From: Centroscyllium fabricii
Taxonomy: Eukaryota
Reading direction: 5' to 3'
NCBI GenBank assembly: GCA_051313645.2
Contig: JBNRSN020000004.1
Coordinates: forward strand, 44,516,001 to 44,580,000
DNA: 64,000 nucleotides
Below, in pieces: positions 1 through 11,190 of this stretch. Both the position numbers and the translations under genes were made by a program. The notes below the pieces were generated by a model, which was given only the letters and a program-made list of their open reading frames with translations, was not told the DNA's origin and did no database searches. How positions within the stretch are numbered: position 1 is the first letter of the stretch; each line of letters begins with the position of its first letter.

Positions 1-188
1 TCTACATTGTACTTCATCTGCCATACTTTTGCCCATTCACCCAACCTGTCCAAGTCACTCTAGCCTCCTAGCATCATCCTCATTGTTCACACTGCCTCCC
101 AATTTAGTGTCATCTGCAAATTTGGAGATACTACAATTAATCCCTTTGTCCAAATCATTAATATATAATGTAAACAGCTGGGGCCCCA
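1..188 (-). mobile_element. CR1 LINE reverse-transcriptase fragment
   Basis: LGPQLFTLYINDLD...ISKFADDTKLGG in ORF 55-285. Confidence 0.85.
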
Positions 189-214
189 GCAATCCGAGGT
201 GTAGGGCTGCAGGA

Positions 215-445
215 ATCCATTGAGGTTGGGTGGGGTGAGGCCATGGAGGCATTTGCTGGGGAAGATCATCTTGAAATTGTCTCATAAGGGCACAAGGAGC
301 TTGGTGAGGGCCACGGTAATGGAAGTGTGTGTCTTCACGTAGGTAAGAGCACTGCAGTATTCTGGATGAATTGCAGTTTTTAGAGGCTGGAGATGAGGAG
401 GCCAGCTAGGAGACCTCTTGAAGAAGTTTAGCCTTGAGATAAGCA
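215..445 (-). mobile_element. Degraded L2-type LINE fragment
   Basis: Minus strand reads approximately LLAGL..SSL.KLQFIQNTA, resembling the L2 ORF2 C-terminal region. Confidence 0.55.
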
Positions 446-660
446 CCGCATCAAACTTTTAGACAGATACAAAATGTTGAGATGTAGTTGTAGCAACTCG
501 GGGATTCTTAAATCAAGCTTCCATGTTTAATCTAAGTGTCAGCATCTTTTATGGTGCTTCCAACTCAAACCAACAATGTTTCTTTGATGTTGAAGGAGGA
601 GGGATCTGTTTATAAAAAAAAAAGGCCATGCTCAAGTCCGGTGGCTTGAATAGCTTTGTA

Positions 661-785
661 CATAGAAACATAGAAGATAGGAGGAGGCCATTCGGCCCCT
701 CGAGCCTGCTCCGCCATTCAATGAGATCATGGCTGATCATCTAAATTGAGTACCCTGTCCCTGCCTTCTCTTCATATCCCTTGCA
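661..785 (-). mobile_element. HER1/CR1-type 3' tail fragment
   Basis: catagaaacatagaagatagg...ggccattcggcccctcgagcctgctccgccattcaatgagatcatgg, shared with the other CR1/HE1 tails in the window. Confidence 0.8.
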
Positions 786-1139
786 TTGGTTCCAAGCACA
801 AATATTCATTTTACTGTAGCCTGCCATGCAGGGTCCATAATATTCTGTCAATGGAAGGTATAGACTTTGCAGACCACTAAAGTTGTCAATAGTGATCAGT
901 AGGACTCAGCTTTGCAAAGCCAAGAACCCAAGAGTTAGCAATCGTTATTTGGAGGTGGATAGGTAACATCAATCATTCTTCTGTATAGAGTTATTGACTT
1001 TTGAAGTAATGAAGCTAAAAGTGCATTTGTCAGCCCCTGTCCATTCTGTCTGGAGAGGGAATGACAGCCATCGAGACATTTAAAACGAGGAGGGCCAAGT
1101 GAAATTTCCTGAGGCACCCTAGATTGCAGTGAGACTGGC

Positions 1140-1565
1140 AGTCACTAACTCAGAAGGTCGTGGGTTCAAGCTCCACTCCAGAGGCTTGAGCACATAATCT
1201 AGGTTGGCACTTCAGTGCTGTAATGAGGGAGTGCTGCATTGTCAGATGTTATCTTTCATGCATGATGCTAAACTGAGACGCTGTCTGTCCTCTGACGAGA
1301 ACGTAAAAGATCCCATGGCAATAATTAGGGGAGTTCTCCCAGTGTGTTAGCCAACATTTATCTCTCAACGTACGCCTAAAAAAACAGACAATCTAATAAT
1401 TTAATTTATTTTAATTTGTGGGACCTTGCTGTGTGTAAATTGCCTGCCGTGTTTTCTAGATCACAACAATGACTATACTTCAAAAACATTTCATTGGCTG
1501 TAAAGTGTGATGGGGCATTCTAAGATTGTTAAAGGCACAATATAAATGCAAGTTCTTTCTTTCTA
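1140..1565 (+). mobile_element. DeuSINE (SacSINE1-like) with tRNA-derived head and L2-like tail
   Basis: B-box gggttcaagc; Deu domain gagggagtgctgcattgtc...taaaagatcccatggca...; tail tataaatgcaagttctttc. Confidence 0.75.
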
Positions 1566-2910
1566 TCTGTATGTTTTCATCCTTTCAAGCACATTTAATC
1601 TGTTCAACAGCTCACAAGAGGGCCAATTTATCAGAGGTACTCTACTGCATAAATATCTGGGTCTCCTGCTGTAACTTTGTTGAGCATTGAGATAATTGTT
1701 CCATTGTGGAGGGCATGAAATTTAGAATATTACAAGTTAATTGATTTAGTTCTGATTTGCTTACCAGAGAGGTGGTATTAAGTTGCCATGTCTTCCTAAT
1801 CACTAAAGCTTTCATGAACATTCCTACCATTAGCTTCAGAAATACTGCTCTGCATGCTTTTGGGTAGACAACAATTTTGTTTTTTTACTCAACTGAAATA
1901 AGCCAGTTGATTAGGATGTTAAAGTAGAGCAGCCAGGATTATAGTTATTCCCCCCAACAGCACTTGGAAGAGCACATGTGCACAGTTGAAGCTTGTAGCG
2001 ATTTCATGATCAGCTATTTGCTGGAAACGTTTAACTTTCCGACGCCAAAACTTGGTGCAACTGACCAGGTTTCTATAAATTGAACTTTTGGTATTTGATC
2101 CAATTTATTCAGCAAAGTGAGACTCAACTACTTAATTCACAGAGGTGTGACACCTGATTGTCCTTGAGAGTAGAAATAGCAGAAATGGACTTGATACTGG
2201 AAACCTTTCTGGAACTTGTTTTGAGAATTATTCAGTTCAGAAGTGATCTCAGGCATGGATATATGAAGAGCTGACTTGAAGTGACATTCCTGGCAACAGT
2301 ATAGGTTAATTTTCTTTTAAAGGTCCTCATTGATCTCCTTTGGTGTTAATCACAATAAGCACAAGGTAGGGTGCGGATGAAGTGGAGATATAGGGTGAGT
2401 TGGTAAGAGGAAATATTTGGGATTTTGTCAGTGAAGGAAAGGATTTGAGCTGCAATAGGGTCTGTTTTGAGAATACTAATACCCTGTAGAGAGCTTTTAA
2501 ATATGTGGATCTGCTTTCATATTGCTCACAGAAAGATGAAGCATACACAGTCTGTCTGAGGTACTTCTTTTATAGAATCTTATCTCGCTTTCTTATTCAG
2601 GTTATCGCTGTTATTCTGTTGTTTACTCCCAGGTGCTTGGTGTTAGCTTTCTATCCATTTCTCCCAAGCTGCTTTTTCTGCTTAGCCATATTGCTTTGGG
2701 GAAGTGCCAGAGGAACCATCACGGAGCTGTTTGAGTGTCTCCAGCTGGCTGGTTGAGTGATGTTGGCAGGCGTCCAGGATCAGGACAGCAGATGGTGTTC
2801 GGGATGAGGAAACCAAAGCGGGTTCATTTGGGGCCTGGGTATTAAATCCTGGTTTTGTTTTTAATTGCTAGAGCTCCCTTTTTAAATGAACGAAGTGTAG
2901 ACGCCAGTAA

Positions 2911-3010
2911 GGCCGACACGGTGGCGCAGTGGTTAGCACTGCTGCCTCGCAATAAGGAGCTCCTGGGTTCGAATCCTGCTTGCCCCGGGACACCTCTGCG
3001 TGGAGTTTGC
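2911..3010 (+). mobile_element. tRNA-derived V-SINE head fragment
   Basis: A box ggtggcgcagtggttagcact, B box gggttcgaatcc, followed by tgcgtggagtttgc. Confidence 0.7.
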
Positions 3011-3447
3011 TCCTATCTTCTGTATATCTGTGTTTCATCTGTACCTCACTATGTGTTCAATCATTTTTTTGCAAGCTTCTCCAGAGTCCAATGTTCATTT
3101 ATTCCAGAGTGGATAGGCTGGGGTGATGGAAGTCAGGGGATCCATTTACAGTCTTCCTGCTCCTTATTGCCAGTGGATTTCTGTTTAGAATTATGCCAGT
3201 TTTGCAGAACATATGAAAACATACATACAGGGCTTTGCAGGAATAGCCCAATAAGTAAATACAAATAACAGGATCAAGATGAATCTGAAATCTGTATTTT
3301 CTGTTTAATGAATAGTACCACTTGCCTGAATTCTTGCAGTTATGATTACTTAATGGCATTATGTATACTAACCAAAATACTCATGAAGGTCTCTTGTGGG
3401 GAGGGTCTTGCATTCTGACATGCTTTTACGTATTTATTATTTCTTAG

Positions 3448-3505
3448 TTTCAGAACTTCGAAAACTTTTTGAAGCTGGCCAAAAATCCACTGTGGAAATG
3501 AACAG
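3448..3505 (+). CDS. SVIL: SVIL exon containing the canonical start (ATG 3498; M-N-R), open upstream as xSELRKLFEAGQKSTVE
   Basis: Acceptor ttcttag|tttcag, donor aacag|gtattg; the phase-2 AG joins the G at 3726 to give [13 protein letters not shown]. Confidence 0.85.
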
Positions 3506-3725
3506 GTATTGAGGGAATTTTCATAATGTTTAAGTTTGGATGGAATAACTAAATGCCAATAAATGGGTTACACTTTAACTTGTAAGTAAATGCACTGTTG
3601 GCATCATTGAGCAGTTCTAAGTGTTTCTGCACTCAGCGCATTTTCTTTGTGGATTTAGTTTCTAAAATTGTTTTGGTAGACTACGGCTTTTTCAGTGTCT
3701 TCATCTCTCAAATTATTCTGTGCAG

Positions 3726-3877
3726 GAAAGAAAGAATTGCTAGACGTTTAGAAGGAATTGGAAGTGATACACAGCCAGTGCTGTTGCAGAATTGTCCTGG
3801 GTTAGTTACCCATCGCCTGTTAGAGGAAGATACTCCTAGATACACACGAGCTTCTGATGCTTGCAGTCCACCTCCAG
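3726..3877 (+). CDS. SVIL: SVIL exon ([50 protein letters not shown])
   Basis: Acceptor ctgtgcag|gaaag, donor ccag|gtgaga; near-identical to the conserved supervillin N-terminus. Confidence 0.96.
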
Positions 3878-4925
3878 GTGAGAGGCATTTTAGAATTGAA
3901 TCCAATGGGATCATTATTTTGTCAAATATATATTTGAGTAATGCTCATTGCATAGATGATGTATGCTGAACCTTTTTACCACAAATGTGCTTCTTTACTC
4001 AAAACACTTTCCCCCCTTATATAAAAACTCCGGAGTTTCCCAATGAAGGGAATAAAGAGTAATTTTAGTTATTTGTGTTTTGCAGTTCTCAAATTCTCAA
4101 TTTTTTTCAATATTATATCACAAACAGCTCCTTCCAACAATGTTGTACGGTAAATGGCGAAAGTAGTCTTTGTTAAAAGTTTCCACAGAGATTAACTCCC
4201 CTTCTCTCCTCTGAGAACTTTGTACTTTTCTGAAGTTATGAATGACCCTTAATTGATGTCAGAACTGGTTTATGGATAAAGTGCTTGTGTAAAAGTATCA
4301 GCAACTTTACAAACAAATTAATGTTGATTGATTAGCTGTGCTAACTGAAGTAAAGTGATAAATCATCTTCGGCTCTGTTTTTAAGAAAATCTGTCAAATT
4401 ATGCTCAGGATGTCATTGGTCCATTTAATAAGACTGAAAGTGGTAATTTATAAGCAGACAGTAGAATAGAAACCGTGAACCTTTTGCGCTTTTAATAAAC
4501 TTGAGATTCTTTTGTGCCAGTAAGACCAAACTTAGACTAAACTTGCTCCTAAATCCAGTTATAACTGGAGTAGCTTAAGGAGGAGTTAAGAATAAGTATA
4601 GCGAAGGGAAAAGGTATTCTGAAATGGTAAGCTCAAGAGAGGCTATGAGAGTTCAGGAGCAAAGAATAAGAAATGCAATGGAAAAATGTACTGATCAGCA
4701 CGTAGCTTACCGTTTCCGCATACCAATGTGCGAGGCATTAGGAGTTTAATCAGGGGATCTAAAGGCATTAATTAGAATAGAGAGGTACATGATATTGTAG
4801 TGTTGATGGAAACTTCAGATGTAACATTTACAGGGAATAAAGGGAGTTGGTGGCCTTATTGATTAAGGACACCATTATAGCCGTAGAAAGGAAAGTTTTT
4901 ATTAACAGTAGTACCCAGATTTAAA

Positions 4926-5090
4926 CCCCAATTTTAACCTAACCCACCCGCAGCAACAGGGTGGATCCGGGTCAGATGTCCTTCTTGCGACTCGCCAGAT
5001 TTTATTCTCTATTGAAGTAAATGCAGCGTAAAATCCGACAGGCTGTAAATCGGGCATCCGACCCACTGGGCGGGTTAGGATAAAATGGGG
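4926..5090. mobile_element. Small palindromic MITE
   Basis: Termini ccccaattttaacctaaccc and gggttaggataaaatgggg are inverted repeats, with internal dyad symmetry. Confidence 0.65.
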
Positions 5091-5374
5091 ACTGTCTTGG
5101 TTGAAGGCATCTGTTACCAAATTGGGAGTACATTATAGATCACTGAATAGCAGGAAAGATCTCCAGAATGAGATTTATAGGCAACTTAGAGACATTTGCA
5201 GTAGTAACAGTCATTTTAGGAGCCTTAAACTACCCTAAAGTAGTCTGGGATAAATCAGAGGTTTGTGGTCAAAATAGGGAGGGCTTCTTGGAATACAGCA
5301 GTATTGACCGAGGTAGGTGAAAGTGGAGCTATAGGAAAACCCACCGCAGATATGCTAGAGCTACCACTGGAGAT

Positions 5375-5642
5375 TGATGCACGATCAATTATACTCGAGA
5401 CGAGGTTAAGAATATAACTGAGGCTTTTATTACCAAAGAACTGGAGTACAGGTCTTGTCACTAACCGGTCCTGGAATGCCACGAGGTCAGCAGTGCTGCC
5501 ACCTTGATACGGCAGCCTGTGGGTGGAGCCAGGAGGTGGAACCGGCTGAGTCATCCCAGGCAGCTCTCAGGTAGGCAAGAGGTGACCCTATACAACACAG
5601 AGTAACTATATACAATACAGTGCAATACAGTGGTTCACTACA
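5375..5642 (-). mobile_element. Solo LTR of the same Gypsy family as 30577-30802
   Basis: Reverse complement runs tgtagtgaaccactg...aataaaagcctcagttatattcttaacctcgtctcgagtataattgatcgtgcatca, matching both ends of the 30577 LTR. TSD is not clean. Confidence 0.8.
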
Positions 5643-5650
5643 TTGATAAA

Positions 5651-7575
5651 GGAGTAAATTTTCATGGCACCATGAGGCGGGGTTTTTGGCGTGTCAGACC
5701 ACAAAATTGCTAAACTGGATCCCTGCCGTTTTGCCATTTCCTGCCGCCCTGTCTCCCCACCCCGAATCTTTCCCGCTGGCGCGGATGGTCGTTATGCTCA
5801 TTAAAGGCCCTTAATTGGCATCTGTAATGCCATTTTAAGGGCCCTTAGCCATTTTCAAGCGTTTCCCACCCATAACCCGCCAGCTGCAAACCCCGCCGCT
5901 GAAACCTAGCGGGAACACAATCAGATTACTGAGTCTCAATAGCAGCTCCATCATACGGTTTGACATTGAACCTGCCATCATATGCTGGTGGCAGGTCCTT
6001 ATTTGTTCTGGCTTGGGGCAACATTTAGAAGTCCGAATCACATCTGTGGTAGGTTGGAGCCTCACACACATCTCCAGTGTGAACTCCTGGGAAACCCCTC
6101 TCGGCACCTTCACTCAGCGCTTCCTCAGTGGAGGCATATGCCAGAAGCATGGAAGCCATTTAGGTTATGCCTTTCTGGGCATTAGATGAGCTCCCATACC
6201 AGGCGCGGCACCAGCAGTACAGGTACACAAACCCTTATCCGCAACTCCAAAAACCGAAAAGCTCCAAAAACCGAAGTCCAGGGTTGCGCCAACATAATCA
6301 TTTTTTTCTTAAATAAATTGAAGTTGCAGCAGAAAAAACACGTTCCTACCCCATCTCGTGCTGTTGATGCCGTGCTGAGGAAAAAAAGGCTAATTCCCCC
6401 GCTCTAAACGGCCGATCCCCCACTCTAAACGGCTGATATGCCGTTCCCCAACTGCGAGCTGGGCCGCAAACACGGAAATGCGCATGCGACCTGCGCATGC
6501 GCACTGGGGCCAACTCTTAAAAAAAACACCACATATTTATCCGAAAACCGAGACCCGCCCAGTCCCGAGGTTTTCTGATAAAGGGTTGTGTACCTGTACC
6601 AGGAACAACCACAGCAGCAGCAGGAGCGCCAGGCTGCTGCTCACCCACCCACTCCTGCATCTGTTCCTGGAGTTCCAGCACCGCCGATCTTATGGATGGA
6701 CCCAGAGGCAGAGGGTCGACATGCAGCTGAGCCCAGCTGGCAGAGTCCTGCGCCCTCCGACTAGAACTCTCCACTGCTGTCCCTGTGTGGATAATTAGAA
6801 GGAGACAAAGATGGAGTGAGGTGGCAAGACCAAGGACACTCCATATGTGTTGTCAGTTGTGTTCAAAGCATCAGAGTGATAGGGAGTGTGAGGGCTGCAT
6901 GGTGGAATAGTTATGTGAATGTGAGCATAGAGAGAGAGGGAATGGGTAAGGGTGCATGGATGTGAGTGTCAAGTGGGATGTGGAGGAAGAGATTACTGAA
7001 GCTGAGTGCTGGTGAGGACAGGCATTGGGGATCAGATTGAGGGTGATGGGAGTTCCATCCTCACTTTTCTACTGTGCAGAAGGTCATGAAATCTCTTCCT
7101 GCACTGAATGCAGGTTCTGCAGGGTACTGATAATGAGTTTCCCTCCTCTGCCACCTGGATACACACAGCCCGCTGGGGAGATTTCTTCCTCCCTGAAGAA
7201 GAGAAGAGCACCTCTTTGAGCTCTTGCTCCCTCAACTAAAGCTTGCAGGGCCACATCATCAAACCTGGAAGCAGACCTAGGTCTCTCGATGGTCATTTCG
7301 CCTCCAGGTCCCTCTGGCATGAAAGGGCACAAGGTTGGAAGTCCGCAGCAGAAGCAAGGCTTGCTGTGGACCTGAAATGCAGCAGCAACGATGACATCAT
7401 ATTGTGCGACTTTCTGACTGGAAATAGTTGATTGGGAAGGGTTCCCACTCACGGGGAATTAACTGGCCAATTGAGCTAAAATTGCGTGGGGCTCCCAGGC
7501 CCTTAAAGATTCGTGTCAGAAACCTGACCCACTGGAAACCGGCCAATTCCCCACACTTCCGGGAAAACTTTGGCC
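5651..7575 (-). mobile_element. Decayed PIF/Harbinger transposon with a Myb/SANT-like ORF remnant
   Basis: Both subterminal regions match the MITE at 33643-34800; minus-strand peptides RSASRFDDVALQALVEGARAQRGALLF and RTCIQCRKRFHDLLHS (~7060-7300). Confidence 0.7.
6220..6596. mobile_element. Tc1/mariner (Tigger/pogo-like) MITE nested in the Harbinger element
   Basis: TIRs caggtacacaaacccttatc and gataaagggttgtgtacctg, with TA on both sides. Confidence 0.85.
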
Positions 7576-8015
7576 AAACATTGAAAAGCAAACATTATTA
7601 AAGTTAATTGGTCCAAAAGTTTTTTAAGAAGCTCACCAGGCCCAGATGGAATGCACCCTAGAGTTCGGAAAGAGGTTGGGAAGAAGTCAGTAGAGCCACT
7701 AGCCATAAAGAGCCCTAGGACTGCAGGGTGCTATATATGACATCCTTGCTCAGAAAAGGGACAAAGGACAAAATAAGACATTAGTGCATCCATAGAAAGC
7801 ATACAGTGAACATTCCCTGGTTTGAGTGGTTGTAGTTATGAAGAAGGGCTCAAAAAATTGAAGGATTGAGGGATTGAATAAATGTTTTCAAAATTATGAA
7901 AAGCTTTGAGAGGGCAAGAGTGAAATATTTCCACTCATTAGTGAAATTAAAACTAAGAGATATAAATTAAATGCATATGCAGACCAATTAAATGCATATT
8001 TTGGTTCTGTCTACC

Positions 8016-8674
8016 ATGTTGGCCTTCGTAGCGAAAGGGTTGGAGTCGTAGCGAAAGGGTTGGAGTATAGGAACAAGGATGCCCTGCTGCAGTTGTACAG
8101 GGCCTTGGTGAGACCACACCTTGAGTACTGTGTGCAGTTCTGGTCGCCTTATCTGAGGAAGGATGTTCTTGCCATGGAAAGAGTTCAGCGCAGATTCACA
8201 AGGCTGATACCTGGGTTGGCAGGAATGACGTATGAGAAGAGATTGGGTCGATTGGTCTTGTACTCGCTGGAGTTTAGAAGAATGAGAGGGGATCTCATTG
8301 AAACTTATAAAATTCTGACAGATCTGGACAAACTAGATGCAGGAAGAATGTTCCCGATGGACGGAGAGTCCAGAACCAGGAATCATAGTCTAAGGATAAG
8401 GGGTAAGCCATTCAGGACAGAGATGAGGAAGAATTTCTTCACCCAGAGAGTGGTGAACCTGTGGAATTCTCTACCACAGAATGTGGTGGAGGCCAAGTCA
8501 TTACATGTTTTCAAGAAGGAGCTGGATATATTTCTTAGAGCTAAAGGTATCAAGGGGTATGGGGAGAAGGCAGGTATGGGGTACTGAGTTTGGATGATCA
8601 GCCATGATCTCATCGAATGGCGGAGCAGGCTCGAGGGGCCGAATAGCCTACTCCTCCTATTTTCTATGTTTCTA
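8016..8674 (+). mobile_element. 5'-truncated CR1 (HER1-type) LINE inserted into an older CR1 remnant (~7790-8945)
   Basis: ORF 8060-8587 (LYRALVRPHLEYCVQFWSP...FFTQRVVNLWNSLP); tttctatgtttcta tail; 20-bp tandem duplication at 8026-8065. Confidence 0.9.
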
Positions 8675-9164
8675 AGGATTGTCACTAGAAAAGGGAAGTT
8701 AGAACTCTCTTTTTTCACAGACATGATCATTAGAATGTGGAATGTTTTACCACAAGGAGTTATTGAGGCAGAGGCTTTAACATCACTTACAATGGAACTT
8801 GGTAAGTAATTTTTAAAAAAAGGACATAAAAGAATACAGGGAAATGTTTCAGAGTAGATAGCCCCAGATGAAGAGTTTGCACTGCCATAGATTCAATGGA
8901 ACAAATGGCTTCTTTCTGTGCTGTAATTTCTCTGATTCTATTTTGAGTACTTGACTAATGAGATAGACATGACATACTATGGCTCTGTTAGTGTTTTCTT
9001 TGTTTCACCCTGCTGCTCTTTTATATTAAAAAAAAATGTTGAAATTCCAGCAAGTTGTTGCAGGAAGTTGTAGTATGTTGGTATGTATCCACGGTTCTGT
9101 GGAAAGTGAATTTCTGATTTGTTACAGGGAAGTGTAGTGTAGTGGTCAGATACCTCTCCACAAA

Positions 9165-9535
9165 GGGGACCTGATTGAGGTGTACAAAATTATGAGGGGC
9201 ATCGATAGGGTAGATAGAAAGGAACTTTTCCCCTTGGTAGAGGGGTCAATATCCAGGGGGCATAGTTTCAAAGTAAGGGGCAGGAGGTTTAGAGGGGATT
9301 TGAGGAAAAACTTTTCACCCAGAGGGTGGTTGTAATCTGGAACTCTCTGCCTGAAAGGGTGGTAGAGGCAGGAACCCTCACAACATTCAAGAAGCATTTA
9401 GATGAGCACTTGAAACGTCATAGCATACAAGGCTACGGGCCAAGTGCTGGAAAATGGGATTAGAATAGATGGGGCTTGATGGCTGGCGCGGACATGATGG
9501 GCTGAAGGGCCTCTTTCCGTGCTGTATAACTCTAT
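9165..9535 (+). mobile_element. CR1 LINE 3' fragment (same subfamily as 49560-51055)
   Basis: ggggacctgattgaggtgtacaaaattatgagggg...gggctgaagggcctctttccgtgctgtataactcta. Confidence 0.85.
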
Positions 9536-10326
9536 GGGCTCAATTTTCTAAACCCCAAGGAGGCGGGAGTGGTGGGAAAATTGCAGAATCGGGGGACAGC
9601 AACACATCCCGCCCCCAACCCGCCTCTGTGCCATTGTTCCAGGAGGCGGGCACCCGACCTGTGCTGGGAGCTGCCTCCCCGAGGCGGGAAGGGGATTAGT
9701 GCCAATTAACAGGCAATTTTTTGCCTAATCCCTATTTTTAGCCCTGAAGTGTGGGCTGTCCGACGGCTCCAAAGCATGCCAAGTTAGCGAGGTGGACCGT
9801 CTGTCTGCAGGCGTTGGAGGGGCCGAGATGTCGGTTGTGCAGGTGAGTGATGGGTGCATGTGTGCAGAGGTAAGTGTAAAGTGTTTTAATAAGTTTTATT
9901 TACTTTTACTTTCTCATGCAGGCTTCCTCCCTTCAGTTCTCGGGAGTCCCCCAGCTCACCGGCACAGAAAGCAGAATGGCTGCTGAACTGTCAAAAGCTG
10001 CAGCCTCTGCTTTCTGGTCTGGAGAGATCTCTAACTGAGTCCGAGTAGAAGGACTCAAGTTAGAAGACAGATTGTCAATGTTTGACAGCTTCACAGCTGT
10101 CAAACGCTGTTTTTGCATCTGTCAAAAGCTCTTGACAGATGAAATGTCAATCGCTGATGTCACCAGTAACCAGGTGTCCCTTGGCCTGCTGAGCCCGCTG
10201 GGTGGGCTTAACAAGGTCAATCAAGGGAAAATAGCGTGGGTTGGCCACAGCTCGATGGAGGTGGGACTACAACCCAAAAAGTGGGAGTCCCGCCTCCAAA
10301 AGCTCCCCATTGACAAAATCGAGCCC
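9536..10326. mobile_element. PIF/Harbinger-type MITE inserted in the CR1 tail
   Basis: TIRs gggctcaatttt and aaaatcgagccc; 3-bp TAT duplication; internal tgtca/tgaca palindromes. Confidence 0.8.
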
Positions 10327-10511
10327 TATGACTCTAAAGGAAAAATTGGAGGGAGAATTGCCCTAAAACACAGTAGTGACCATTTATAGAGCCGTGTTGG
10401 TAGAAGCCTACAGCCAGGTTGACATTTACTGTCACAGATGGCATGTGGCATTTGGAGGACACACAAGGAAAGAAAAGGCTAATCTTAACAAATAAATGTT
10501 GTTTTTTCCAG

Positions 10512-11190
10512 TTAGAAGATCAGATAAAGAGGGCTTGGAGCATCATCTGACTGAAGATCCTCCTTCAGAAAGGAAATCAAGACCTAGATGCCGAGGACAG
10601 GCTGAGCACATGGATATTGAGTCTCCTTACGTCGTTGGCATGGATACTGAAGCATTAGATGCAAAAGCAGAGAGAATAGCTAAATACAAGGCTGAGAGAA
10701 GGCGACAGCTGGCTGAGAAATATGGAATTGCCCTGGACTCTGAACCTGATGGGAGTATTGTATCCAAATACTCAAGAGCACGAAAGGAGATTGACCTAAC
10801 TGAAAAAGTGCCATCACAGTCAGAAAGAGATTATAGCAGTGACTTGATTAGGCTGAACAGTTCCAGGGATGCAATGGTTAGCGAACCACAGACCCTGTCA
10901 CCTGGTGAACCTAAAGAAAGTTTCTCCCTGGATGGAAATGATTTCGCAGCGAGAGAAACTTTATTGAACAAAGAAAATCAGAAAAAAGCACTTGAAACAA
11001 GTGCCAAAGGAAGAATTTGGGATCAGGCACATGTTCATGAAACTCCTGCAAACTTCATGGATTCTACTGTGACTGATGTACCAGGCTCCCCACCATCTTC
11101 TCGGAGGGTCTCACTTACATCACCAAAGCAGTTCTCAGAATCGTTTAATTCAGTTAGTGAGCAATCCCAAAATTTGCAGAATAACCAAGG
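10512..11190 (+). CDS. SVIL: SVIL exon (...LDAKAERIAKYKAERRRQLAEKYGIALDSE...)
   Basis: ORF 10496-11194; acceptor ttttccag|ttaga (phase 1), donor caagg|gtaaga (phase 2); hallmark KAERRRQLAEKYG motif. Confidence 0.95.

Noticed and set aside
820-968. Candidate upstream SVIL exon(s) ending at gatag|gtaaca or ggaag|gtatag
   Set aside because: Splice-like sites exist, but there is no recognisable coding similarity; cannot be supported without transcripts.
2911-2980. tRNA gene
   Set aside because: A and B boxes are present, but there is no complete cloverleaf and it runs into V-SINE body sequence, so it is a SINE head.
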